Source of the DNA: Paraspadella gotoi
Lineage: Eukaryota; Animalia; Chaetognatha
Direction of reading: 5' to 3'
NCBI GenBank assembly: GCA_051294375.1
Contig: CM119267.1
Span: 6,596,367 to 6,660,366 of the forward strand
DNA: 64,000 bases
Shown: one piece after another, positions 12,501 to 24,500 of the stretch
How the letters are laid out: each line of letters opens with the position of its first letter
Position numbering within the stretch: position 1 is the first letter of the stretch
Program-made: the position numbers and the translations under genes
Notes under the pieces: generated by a model
Told to the model about the DNA's origin: nothing
Databases searched by the model: none
The model's input: only the letters and a program-made list of their open reading frames with translations

Positions 12501-15500
12501 TTGCGCATAAATTATAGATGGCCTTTTTTATGATTAAATTTTGGTGTATGAAGCTGAAAATTTATATACAGCTTCTCATCATTGATGTGCTTAAAATGAG
12601 TCTGACACAGTTATTAAATATGTTTTGTTACGTTTTATCAAAGCAATCAAATTTTCTCTCTTTTATTTTCATATTTCTTTTTCTCTCTCTTTTCTTTTTT
12701 AATTACATGTCTCTCTCCCTCTCTCTTTTCCCTGGTCACTGATTCATAATCATAGCCATAGGGGAAAAAAACGAGCCTGTAGCTGGCTCTGCAGGGATTA
12801 TTCTTTTTCTCTCTTTTCTCCTGCTGCTTCTGCTGCTGCCTTTTGAGTCTGCAGCTGGATCTGCAGTGCTCTTTCTTTTTCTCCTCTTTTCTCCTGCTGC
12901 TTCTGCTGCTGCTTTTGATTTCTTTCTTTTTTTTCTCTCTCTCTCTTTCTCTCTCTCTCTCTTTCTGCGTTTTTATTAAAAAATAAAAATTGAATTAGGA
13001 TTGAACTCGTAAAATTAGGCATCGCATTCGTGCATGTTATCATTTTGTATCCCAATATCGGGTTTTATTCCATTTTTTTTTCTTAGGCACTGCGTCTGCT
13101 GATCAGTTAATTTTTTTACAATGAAAAAATTTTCCTCGGTACTTTATTATTTTTTTTTAATTGACAATCGCAAAATATAATTTTTCTTTGTTTATAATTT
13201 AATTCTTTTCTCAAATTTTATTTTTTTTAGTATCAAAATTTGTAACTCGTACAGTACCGGTCTTGGCTTTCCTTCATAAGTCCAGGGAAGCTATATCTTC
13301 TATAAAATGAATGGAATGACTTGATATGCATGTGTGGGATGGAACTCGGTATGGTCTATTCCCCATTCTAATATTTCAAAAAAAAAATTTTGAAGTTTTG
13401 TTTTGACCATCATTTTTTTTAAAAAATTTAATTTGCATACTGTGCTCAAAATACTTGTACGATATAATTTTTTTTCTCAGTAAAAATTACTCTAAGCATT
13501 ACTTGGTCTAATGGTAAAGTGTAAGGCGAAAAAAAAATATTATTTTTAATTTATGCATAGTTGCTTAATTATTAATTAGCTTATTATTTTATATTTTTAT
13601 TTATAAGTTAAAACTTTTTATTATAGAAATTATAGTTGTTAATAGGCAATTTTATTCCTGTAATCAAATTATAATTTTTTTTATATAATTAAATAGTGAT
13701 TTTAATATATTACTACAAAATATGATTTTTTTGATAAATAATAATTTTTTTAAAAAAAAAAAAAGTTTATGCCAAACTATTGATAAAATGTTACTGATTA
13801 CAAATATATAAATTTTTTCAAATTTGGATAACCCTTTAACGAAATACAGCCCCAAAAAAGCCCTAAAAATGGTAAAAACACCTATTTTTAAAACCTTTCT
13901 AAACTAAACTGCAAATTAACACGAATTTTCAACTCAATTTTGTAAGTATTTAGAATTGGTAGTATTTTATGGCCCTGAAAAAATCAGAGACGTAGTAATA
14001 AATTTTACCTAACTATAAACAGATTAAATAGGGAGACCGTCCTAAGAATTCAGGTAATTTTGAATTTTTGCTGAGGTCGTTTTTTTTTCTTATCTCTTTG
14101 TTTCTTTCTTCTTGCTTTAACTCGTGAGAGACTGTGCTATGATTAGGCCTGAATTTTTCTAATTTAATTATTTTTGAGGGTGTTGTGTTCCAAAAATATT
14201 AGGACCTCCATTTCCCCGTATTTTAAGAGGTTTCTTAGAAAAAGTAGAATCAGGCAACTAAAGAATAAAAAAACAAGTTGAGCAAACAACGTCGGATCTG
14301 CCTTCGATAATTTGATCAACTTGCATAATTTGGTCAACTGCATAATTTGGTCAACTGACATATTTTATCGGCTGGCATAATTTGGTCAAATAGAATAATT
14401 TAGTCAACTGGAATAATTTGGTTAACTTGAAAAAATTTGGTCAACTTTCATAATTTAGTTTATTTGCATAATTTAGTCACTTGCATAATTTGGTTAACAT
14501 GGCATTATTTAGGCAACTGCATAATTTTGTCTAGTTGCATTATTTGGTCAACTTGCATAATTTGGACACCTGGCATAATTTGGTCAACATTCATAATTTA
14601 GTTAATTTTGCATAATATGGTCAACTGGCATAATTTGGTTAACTGTCATAATTTGGTCAACTTGCCTAATTCGGTAAACTTGGCATAATTTTTAAAAATA
14701 ATTTTTTTTCATGATTAACCATTATTTTATAAATCATAACATATTTTTAATAAATCTTAAAAAATTCAGTCGATCAACTTAACAAGTAGCCCAATTTTGT
14801 AGGTGAAGTATTGTGACGATGTAAGAAGAAGTTGAAAGGAGTGAGAGGAACTCTCTCCTGATCCACTTTTATCATTCACTTGGCTTTACCTTATGGTCTC
14901 CTTGGCCCTATTGCTTTGTCCGATCAATCTAAGGTAATTGCCAAAGCTAGGGCAAAGTGACCGTGTGGATTGACCGGCTCGGAGAAAGAGGAGAGAGGAT
15001 TTAGTGAGAGAGACCGGTAGTACTATCTAGGAAAAAAGTATATAACATTTTTAATAAAGGATATCTTATTCTAAATTTTGTATGATTTAAAAAAATTAAA
15101 ATGTTTCCGGATCTACATTGAATTTTTTTTTAGTAGCTTCCTTTCATTTTTTTTGTAGGTTAAATATCATTTAGAAGTTACAGGCCATAAAAAATATTAT
15201 TGTTACTTTCAATAAAAAATGTGGGCGAACACAAAGGGCAAAATTTAAAAATTACTGTAATTCTAGAACGTCTCCCTATTAATCTGTATAATTAGGGTAA
15301 AATTATTACTACGTCTCCTGATTTTTTCAAGGCATAAAATATAGACCAATTTCTAACATACCTTAACAAAATTTGAGTTGAAAATTCGTGGTTATTGCAG
15401 TTTTTTAGGAATTAGGGAAGGTTTAATAATAGGTGTTTTTTAACTACTTTTTAGGGGCTTTTTTTTTGGGGGCTGTATTTCGTTAAAAGGTATCCAAATT

Positions 15501-18500
15501 TGAAAAAAAATTTATAATATTTTGTAATCAGTACACATTTCCTAAATAGTTTGGCATAAACTTTTTTTAAAAAATATTATTTATCAAAAAATTCAAATCA
15601 TATTTTGGTAGTAATATATTAAAATCACTATTTGTTAATTATATAAAAAATTATAATTTGATTTACAGGAATAAAATTGCCGTATTAATCAACTATTAAT
15701 TTCTATAACTAAAGAAGTTTAACTTATTAATGAAAATAAATAAATAATAAGCTATTATTAATATAATTAGCAACTATGCAATAAATTAATAATAATATTT
15801 TTTTTTCAGCCTTACTTTTAGCATTAGAAGAACCAAGTTAATGTTGAGAGTATAATTTTTATTACTGAGAAAAAAAAATTAAATTATATTCCGTAAAGTA
15901 TTTTGAGGCACAGTATTGGCAAATTAAAATTTTTTAAAAAAAATGATGGTCCAAAACAAAACTTCAAATTTTTTTTTTGAAAATATAGAATTGGGGAATG
16001 ACGCATACCGAGTTCCATCCCACACATGCATTTATCAAGTCATTCGCATTCATTATTATAGAACGATATATGCTTTCCACTGGACTTATGAAGGTAAAGC
16101 CAAGGACACTCGGGTACTGGGTACGAGTTTTACAAATTTTTTGATACTAAAAATAAATAATTTGAAGAAAGAAATTAAATTATAAAACAAAAAGGAAAAT
16201 TTATATTTTGCGATTGTCCAATTAAAAAAAAAAATAATAAAGTACCGAGGAATTTTTTCATTGTAAAAAAATTTAACTGATCAGCAGATACGCAGTGCCT
16301 AGAGAAGAAAAAAAAAAAATGGAATAAAAACCCGAATTTGGGGATACAAATGATAAACATGCACGAATGCGATGCCTAATTTTTACGAGTTCACAAATTT
16401 CCTAAATTCAATTTTTATTTTTTTAATAAAAACGCAGAAAGAGAGGAGAGAGAAAGAGAGAGAGAGAAAAAAAAGAAAAGAAAGTTCAAAAGGACATGCA
16501 GCGCAGAAGCAGCAGGAGAAAAGAGAGAAAAAGAAAGCAGGCCACTGCAGATGCCCAGCTGCAGACTCAAAGGCAGCAGCAGAGCAGCAACGGAGAAAAG
16601 AGAGAAACAAGAATAAGTCCCACTGCAGAGCCAAGCTACTAAGCTCGTTTTTTTCCCTATGTATTTAATGAATCAGTGACCGGAAACGAGGGGGGTGAGA
16701 GCGGACATGTAATTAAAACAGAAAGAAAAGAGAGGAGAAAAAGAAATATGAAATAAAAGAGAGAAAAATTGATTGCTTTGATAAAACGTAAACAAAACAT
16801 ATTTTAATAACTGTCCAGACTCAATTTTAAGAGCATCAGATCGATGAGCAAGCTGTATATAAATCTTTTCAGGCTTCATACACCCAAATTTAATCGATAA
16901 AAAGAGGCTATAAATCTTCGGAATTAATTCAGACACACCGACAGACTACAAAGCGTTACAATATCGTGCAAACGGCTCAGCGATTGCGACGATAAAATGA
17001 TGGCACGCTTGAAAAAATGATGCGAGTAAAAAAAATGAAGCAAATGAAAAAAATAATAATAGTTAAAAAAATAATTTGTACTTTATTTTTAATTATTTTT
17101 ACTATAGTATTTATTTATTTATTTGATTACCGCTTAATTATCGTGCGCAGATCCGACATTGTTTGCTCAAACTTGTTCCGTCAGTTGCCTTGCTTTCCAG
17201 AACTTAGGATCTTGGCGGTAGGTTTGCTACCGGTGGTTTCACCGGCCCGTCAGTGCGTCACTCTTTTTGCAAGGACTGTTCCTGACCATGGCTAGAACCC
17301 GTGACCATTGGGTCCAGAGATGAAGTGCGCTATTATGGCGCTGATGGAAGGAACATTCGTATCCAACAGGTATATATAATTATATATATTACATCACTGC
17401 ACTATCTTGTCCCTGACTTAGGACAGGCTTTTGTGGTTTAAGGCCTCCGTCACTCTTACAAGATAATAACATTGCAAGTCCCTGCTAGCTTTCAATCAAG
17501 ACGCTCCCACTGTCTCGTTTATTCACTCCCAGTGTACCTAGCTTCGGTGGCTTTGCCAAAGCCATAGCCGATGAAATTTAAATGCTAATGTATACAGCGT
17601 TAAAATAATCTATCATGACCATAGATTATGGTATTAAAATATTTTTTGTCAAAAATGCTTTCTTCTGAGGGTACTCGTCTAATTAAAAATATTATATTAC
17701 TATATATAGAAAAAAATTTTTTTTTTTAAATCGTAAATTTTTTTGATGGATTCTGATAGAGCATAAAAAGTTAAATAAGAAATATAATTACAGCTTTTAA
17801 AAATTCTTACATTTTCTAAGTGAAAATATAAAAAAAGTGATAAAATCATCGAAAGATGACGATGATTTTTTACAGTTTTTCTTATTTTTGACACACTTAT
17901 CGTAAAATATTTAAAAAAGAATCATACTTTGTGTAGACAACTTTTTATGAGCTGTCTGAATCTGGTCTTACAATTTAAAAATTCCAAAACAAATTTTTGG
18001 CCTTTACTATCTATAAATAAATATTAAAAAAATAATTACTAGGGTATAGAGCCATATTAGAAATTTTTTGTCCATTGAAAATATTCTTAAAAATGTCTAA
18101 ATATTCGTTTGAGCATGTACTCACTCTAAATTTTTGACTCACCCCATTGAGTGCGGCTACCCCTAGCTTTGGTGGTTTTTGTTATGTTACACCTCTCGGC
18201 CCTTGATGGTGGTGAGGTATTGTAGTAACCGACTCCGAGTTTATAAATTATATATGGTACAAATTTTCTACAAACTTCTTAGTGCGTCGTAACTCGATTC
18301 ACCAATCACCATGCACCAGTTTATTTTTAAATTAATACCTGAATGACTACTGATTAAGTGATAATGAATATTAAGAAGAGCCACATTACTAAAATAGGTT
18401 TTCTTTTCAATTACATTTTTAATATTGAATTGGTAAATGTCCAGCTGAAAATTTTTGAAAGGAGGGTATGCATCATTGATAAAAAATTTTCTTCTTCCAT

Positions 18501-21500
18501 GGCGATTGTGATGTTTGACGGTTTTCCTCTGAGATTAATCAAATACTTTTAAACTACTTTTAAATAAAAAACTAGTAATTAGTATGGCAAAACTTACCTC
18601 ATATTTAGATTGTTGAGAAATTTTTACCAATTCTTTCCTCTTCTTCTTTATTGTTTTAGGATAACGCCACATTTTTGGAATAAAAGAAGCCACGGTAACT
18701 AGTCCCTTTTTGTCCCAACAAGTCACAGCATTCAAATTTGCCGCGCAATTCTCAATGTTTAGTGTCAAATTAATCGGGAAAAAAGGAATAAGAGGATCTG
18801 GCTTATCTTCATGAAGATCTAGTTCATTGTTCGGAAGATAATATAAATAACGTTTCGAATTAGTGGCTTCAACCAAAATAAAAAACCACTCCATGATATC
18901 TACTGGTATAAACTGAATCATTTTCTGAATCAGAAATTGTAAATTATAATCAGTTTGTATTTAGAGAAAACAAAGTTAGGGTTAAGGTTGATTTAAGGGT
19001 GGTTAAGGGTTAAAGGTGGTTAGGGTTAAATGGGTTTAAGGTAGGGTAATTATGCTAATTATGGAATATTTTAAATTTTTTTTAAATAAATATTTTTAAG
19101 TGGTTTTTTAAAAGCCGCCAAAACTGCGGTCGACGAAAGTAAAATTTAGCTAATATTTTTTTTTAAAAACTTTTAATAAGGATTCAGATTCTTTATAAAA
19201 AGTTGAATCAAAAATATAAAATAGAAACATGTTATCAAAAAAATTATGTCATCTTCAGCATTTAAACAGGAAAAAAGGTAAAAATTCAGGATTTTATTCT
19301 TTGTATTAAAAACTTATATATGTTAAAATGTTTTAATATTTTTTGTAGTTTAAACATTAAAATAGCATATAACATAATTTATAAAAGTTTTGTGGCAGTT
19401 ATAAAACTGCCACAAATTTCTTAAATTTTTTATGGCAAATACAAATATTTTTAAAAATAAAAAAGAATATTTTAAAATTTTATGATTTTAAAAAGGATAT
19501 TACTATATAAATAATTGAATTTACAATACTGTTATGCTAAAAAAATTTTTTAAAAGATTTAAACTATGGACTAAAATCTATTAACGTCGTCTCATCAGCG
19601 GCCATTGGTGCCGGAGGCAAGTCATTCTCCTCCCAACCCAAAGGTCCGGAGTTCTAGCCCGGTGACGCACTTTCCACCAACAACAATTCACGGAAGAGAC
19701 GCAACAGACTTCTCCTACGGGAGGGGGGGATGTATGGTGGACTAAAATCCACTAACCGTTCATCAGCGGCCATTGGTGCCGGAGGCAAGTCATTCGCCTC
19801 CCAACCCAAAGGTCCGGGGTTCTAGCCGGCGGTGGCTGCAGCCTAGCGTTAAGAGGGACGGGGGTGCTTAACCCGCCTGTAACATGGTTACAGCCTGATC
19901 CGAAGCTCAGGGACTGCTTACATTGAACGGTTTGTCACTAACACATAACAATAATTACTGTCTCTTCAAAACCTTATTAATTACATAAAAAGCTAAAAAA
20001 TAATGTTAATCGCTCAATGCTTTTCATCATCATCACTCCACCATGAGTGTAGACATGCCTTTTGCATTGATAGATCTGTTATAAAATATTCAATTTAAAN
20101 NNNNNNNNNNNNNNNNNNNNNNNNAAAAATTATGTCATCTTCAGCATTTAAAACAGGAAAAAAGGTAAAAATTCAGGATTTTTATTCTTTGTATTAAAAA
20201 CTTATATATGTTAAAACGTTTTAATATTTTTTGTAGTTTAAACATTAAAATAGCATATAACATAATTTATAAAAGTTTTGTGGCAGTTATAAAACTGCCA
20301 CAATTTCTTAATTTTTTATGGCAAATACAAATATTTTTAAAAATAAAAAAGAATATTTTAAAATTTTATGATTTTAAAAGGATATTACTATATAAATAAT
20401 TGAATTTACAATACTGTTATGCTAAAAAAATTTTTTAAAAGATTTAAACTATGGACTAAAATCTATTAACCGTTCATCAGCGGCCATTGGTGCCGGAGGC
20501 AAGTCATTCTCCTCCCAACCCAAAGGTCCGGGGTTCTAGCCCGGTGACGCACTTTCCACCAACAACAATTCACGGAAGAGACGCAACAGACTTCTCCCTA
20601 CGGGAGGGGGGGATGTATGGTGGACTAAAATCCACTAACCGTTCATCAGCGGCCATTGGTGCCGGAGGCAAGTCATTCGCCTCCCAACCCAAAGGTCCGG
20701 GGTTCTAGCCCGGTGGTCGCCTAGCAGTTAAGAGGGACGGGGTGCTTAACCCGCCTGTAACATGGTTACAGCCTGATCCGAAGCTCAGGGACTGCTTACA
20801 TTGAACGGTTCTGTCACTAACACATAACAATAATTACTGTCTCTTCAAAACCTTATTAATTACATAAAAAGCTAAAAAATAATGTTTAATCGCTCAATCT
20901 TTTCATCATCATCACTCCACCCTAGTGTACATGCCTTTGCTTAAACTTTTAAATTCAATTAAAAACTGTACGTTTAATATTTGACAATTCCTTTACCTTA
21001 GGAACAATTTCACGTATTTTTCGTTTTAATTGCGGAAGGCAATGCCAAGAGCAGGTTTTTGGATTCGTTTGGGTACAATAAGCACATCCTTTACAATAGG
21101 TGCATAGTGGATATATTGCAAAGTCTGATTTGGTGGTCTCGTCTTGAGGTATAATATAACCATGGCCCATGGCAAATATATGGGATGACCAAGAATAATA
21201 GTTCGTAAACCTTAGGTTCGTAACTGAACGAAAATCAGAAATTAACTCTTTTTAGCCGTGTCTTAATCATAATAATTACAACTTTTAAAAGTTACCGTTC
21301 TGAAATGGTCTTGCTAATGGGTAAGACGCAAATGCTGAATTTACTATTTTATCAAACGTGAATGAGATCATGGCAGAAGAATCTGGATCGTTCGCAAAAA
21401 CACCTAAGGAATTAACGACTTAATACATTTTTAACGCAGATTAACTATAAATTATAATCCACTATGTCGGTCCGTTGGTCCACCCCCCCAATCTTGTCGG

Positions 21501-24500
21501 GCATTCACTTAGATCATGTCAGAACATCAAATTATGATAAATTATGCTTTTTTTAAAGAGAAAATTTTCGTTATTACAACAAGTGAATTTTTATTGTTGT
21601 AATAACGAAAATTTCGTTTTCTCTCTAAAATTCAATATAAACAACAACAAGAAAGTTCAAATACAGAGGTGGGACCATATATCGAGAAAAATTTTAAAAA
21701 TCATTACTCTAAAACTCTTAATTATTTTTAAAATCTGAATTAATATTTGTATAATACTCTTTCTTAGCTTTTAAACGATATTTTAATCTTTTTAAAATTC
21801 TTTAAAATATTTAAGTTTAATATAGTGCTTTTTTTGATGCAGCAAAGGCAACTGCTTGATTTTCTCCGCGCGGTTTGGAAGAAAAATGTTTGAAAACTTA
21901 TTATTTAATTTCATTCTAAGACATAAGAGTTAAAAATATTTTTTGGAAATACTCATTTATAGTATAATAATGCTTCTTGCAAGGTGTACATTGCATTTTG
22001 GTTTAAAATAATTTGAAGTAAGCAGGGAAGGTTTGGCTAAGTTACTATTTTGGTTTCATTTTTACTAAAACTTACTTTTATCAAAAAAATTATAAATGAT
22101 ATTATCAGATATTTAAGTTAATCATGTAAGATTTCTGAATGCATAATAAAAGGGTAAAAACGGTAAGAAATACAAAGTAGTTGACGATTAAGGCCTATTC
22201 GTTAAAATCTTCTTAAAATTTTGTCTTACCTGAAAAAAAATTTAATAAGTTTAATTTGGATAGTGATGAAAAGCTTAAAATCAGGTCAATTGAAGATAAG
22301 ACATACCACTATCATATTCAGAAACGACCACTGAAAAATATTAATAAGTATGGCTTTTATACTATGCAATGTAAGGTGCGCATATAAAAATGACTAAATG
22401 ATTTGAAAACATCCACAACGCTCTGTAGTTGTTTAAAATTTGTTATTGTTTCATTGCATATGAAAGTAAAAAGACAGAAAAATCTTTTGGCACCTTTTTA
22501 TTATTGTATTTCAAATCGTTCAGACAGGGCAGGACGTTAAGTTTTGTCTCGATATAGGGTCCCACCCCTGAACAATGATAAATTATGCAAAAAAAATGTC
22601 CGTCTAATGAACATTTATGTATAAAAAAAATTATAAAAAATTTTACAATTTACGCTGTAGGCCATATTTATTCTAGTACTAATCCAATAAATGTTACAAT
22701 TTCAAAATAGTTTTTTGTAAGATTTTTTTCCAGATTTGGTTTCGTTATGAAAAGTTTATATAAAGAAATATTACTCTTTTTTAAAAATTCTTTCATTAAG
22801 TTGATCAAATATAAAAAAACTTATATTTTAAGCTAAAATTTCAAATTTTATATATTAAATATAGTTTTTTTAATTTTTTACCCACTTAATGAAAGCATTT
22901 TTAAAAATGAATTATATTTGACGAGGAATTCAAATCTGCAATCAAAATTAAGAAAAGCCTATTTTAATTTTTTTTTATTTTATAAATATAGCCTACTGTG
23001 AAAATTGAAGAACATAAATTAATTTTCTTTTACAAATTAATGTTCACTGATGGTATGTTGTTCAGAATTGACATTTAGAATTTTTGTATTTAACTTTCAC
23101 TACGATCTAGTGGGTAGGGAAGTGTGTGATTGAGCTGGATATGAAAGTTTTCATGGAATCGTGCGAGTGGAAATGAGTCCAAATGGAAAAACAAAAAAAT
23201 ATATTTCACTATTTGAACGCCAATTACTCGAAAGTGGATGGGGCAATTGACTTTAATTTTTAAATAGTATAAATGAAAAAAAACAAAAAACCCGTTTCAC
23301 TAATTGATAATGTATGGCAACAGCCGGGTTGCCTGTGATGCCCATTGGGATGGGGCATCTCACTGTTGGCTTTGGGGCTTCCGACCCTCAGTGACGGCTC
23401 CAGTCACTGGCGCGGTTACCCTAGGACGGTCTCGCTTTGCCAACGCAGAGGGAAGTCGTTAGGACTGTGGATGAAACACTACGCCTGGGATGGTGTGTTC
23501 CCCCTCTGAGCCAATGGATTTGGCTGAAGGATGGTGGACGTGAGGCGGTGTGAATATACCGCCACAGGATCCCCGGGCCAAGACATCACTCAGGTTCCTC
23601 AAGCCTGAGAGGTGTCTGACAAGACTGTTACCATAGTGGGAGAGAGAGAGAGAGAGCGCGAGTTGTGGGGCATAGGCGTTTTGTCGTAGCGTACCCCAGG
23701 GGCATAGGCGTTTTGTCGTAGCGTACCCAAAGTCGGCAGGGCATAGGCATTTGTCGTAGCGTACCCTGAGAAGGTTGCGTGTTCGATAGTAGGGCTCACC
23801 ACTTATGGCAACAGCCGGGTTGCCTGTGATGCCCATTGGGATGGGGCATCTCACTGTTGGCTTTGGGGGCTTCCGACCCTCAGTGACGGCTCCAGTCACT
23901 GGCGCGGTTACCCTAGGACGGTCTCGCTTGCCAACGCAGAGGGAAGTCGTTAGGACTGTGGATGGAACACTACGCCTGGGATGGTGTGTTCCCCCTCTGA
24001 GCCAATGGATTTGGCTGAAGGATGGTGGACGTGAGGCGGTGTGAATATACCGCCACAAATGTTTCTTTTTCTTTTTATATTAAATGTAAATACAAGAAGT
24101 AATAATTAATCAAATAATTAATCCGTCAATTAATCAATCAATATATTATTCAATGAATAAATTTATTTATCTATTAATTAATTATTCAATAAATTAATTT
24201 ATCAATTAATTAATTATTTAATCAATCAATCAAGTAAGTTAATCGTTATCGGCATTATTGTCGTCGTCGCCATCATCGTCATCGTTGCTTTTGTCGTGAT
24301 CAGTGACAAAAATATCTAAAAACAAATATTTAGGATCAAATTAATTAAATAATTAATTAGGCAATCAATTAATTAAATTAATTAATCAATTACCGCTAAT
24401 GATCGTGGGCAGATCCGACATTGTTTGCTCAAACTTGTTTATTTAACTAGTTATCGACGATAACGAAAAAAACAGCGACATCAGCGGAGGCTTCACACGG

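Larger units (their letters stand above)
10646..17177 (+). mobile_element. Composite Helentron-associated non-autonomous element (HINE/DINE-1-like) with nested inserts
   Basis: 5' GTCGGATCTGC paired with an adjacent GCAGATTCCGAC, (GTCC)n at ~10796, ~180-bp core repeats, 3' sub-terminal GCAGATCCGAC, a short hairpin and a CTTGTT end. Inserted in a T-run without TSD. Confidence 0.75.

Noticed and set aside
14315-14690. Regular short repeats resembling a CRISPR array
   Set aside because: Head-to-tail units with no unique spacers, eukaryotic context, no cas genes.
20649-20720. Functional tRNA gene
   Set aside because: Anticodon and D stems pair poorly and it is embedded in a repeat, so it is treated as a SINE head.
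23665-23768. Three ~30-bp repeats resembling CRISPR repeats
   Set aside because: Nearly contiguous internal repeats of the TRIM, with spacers of only a few bases.
23459-24058. 199-aa ORF across the TRIM
   Set aside because: GC-rich LTR sequence with no gag or pol motifs; it repeats itself through both LTRs.
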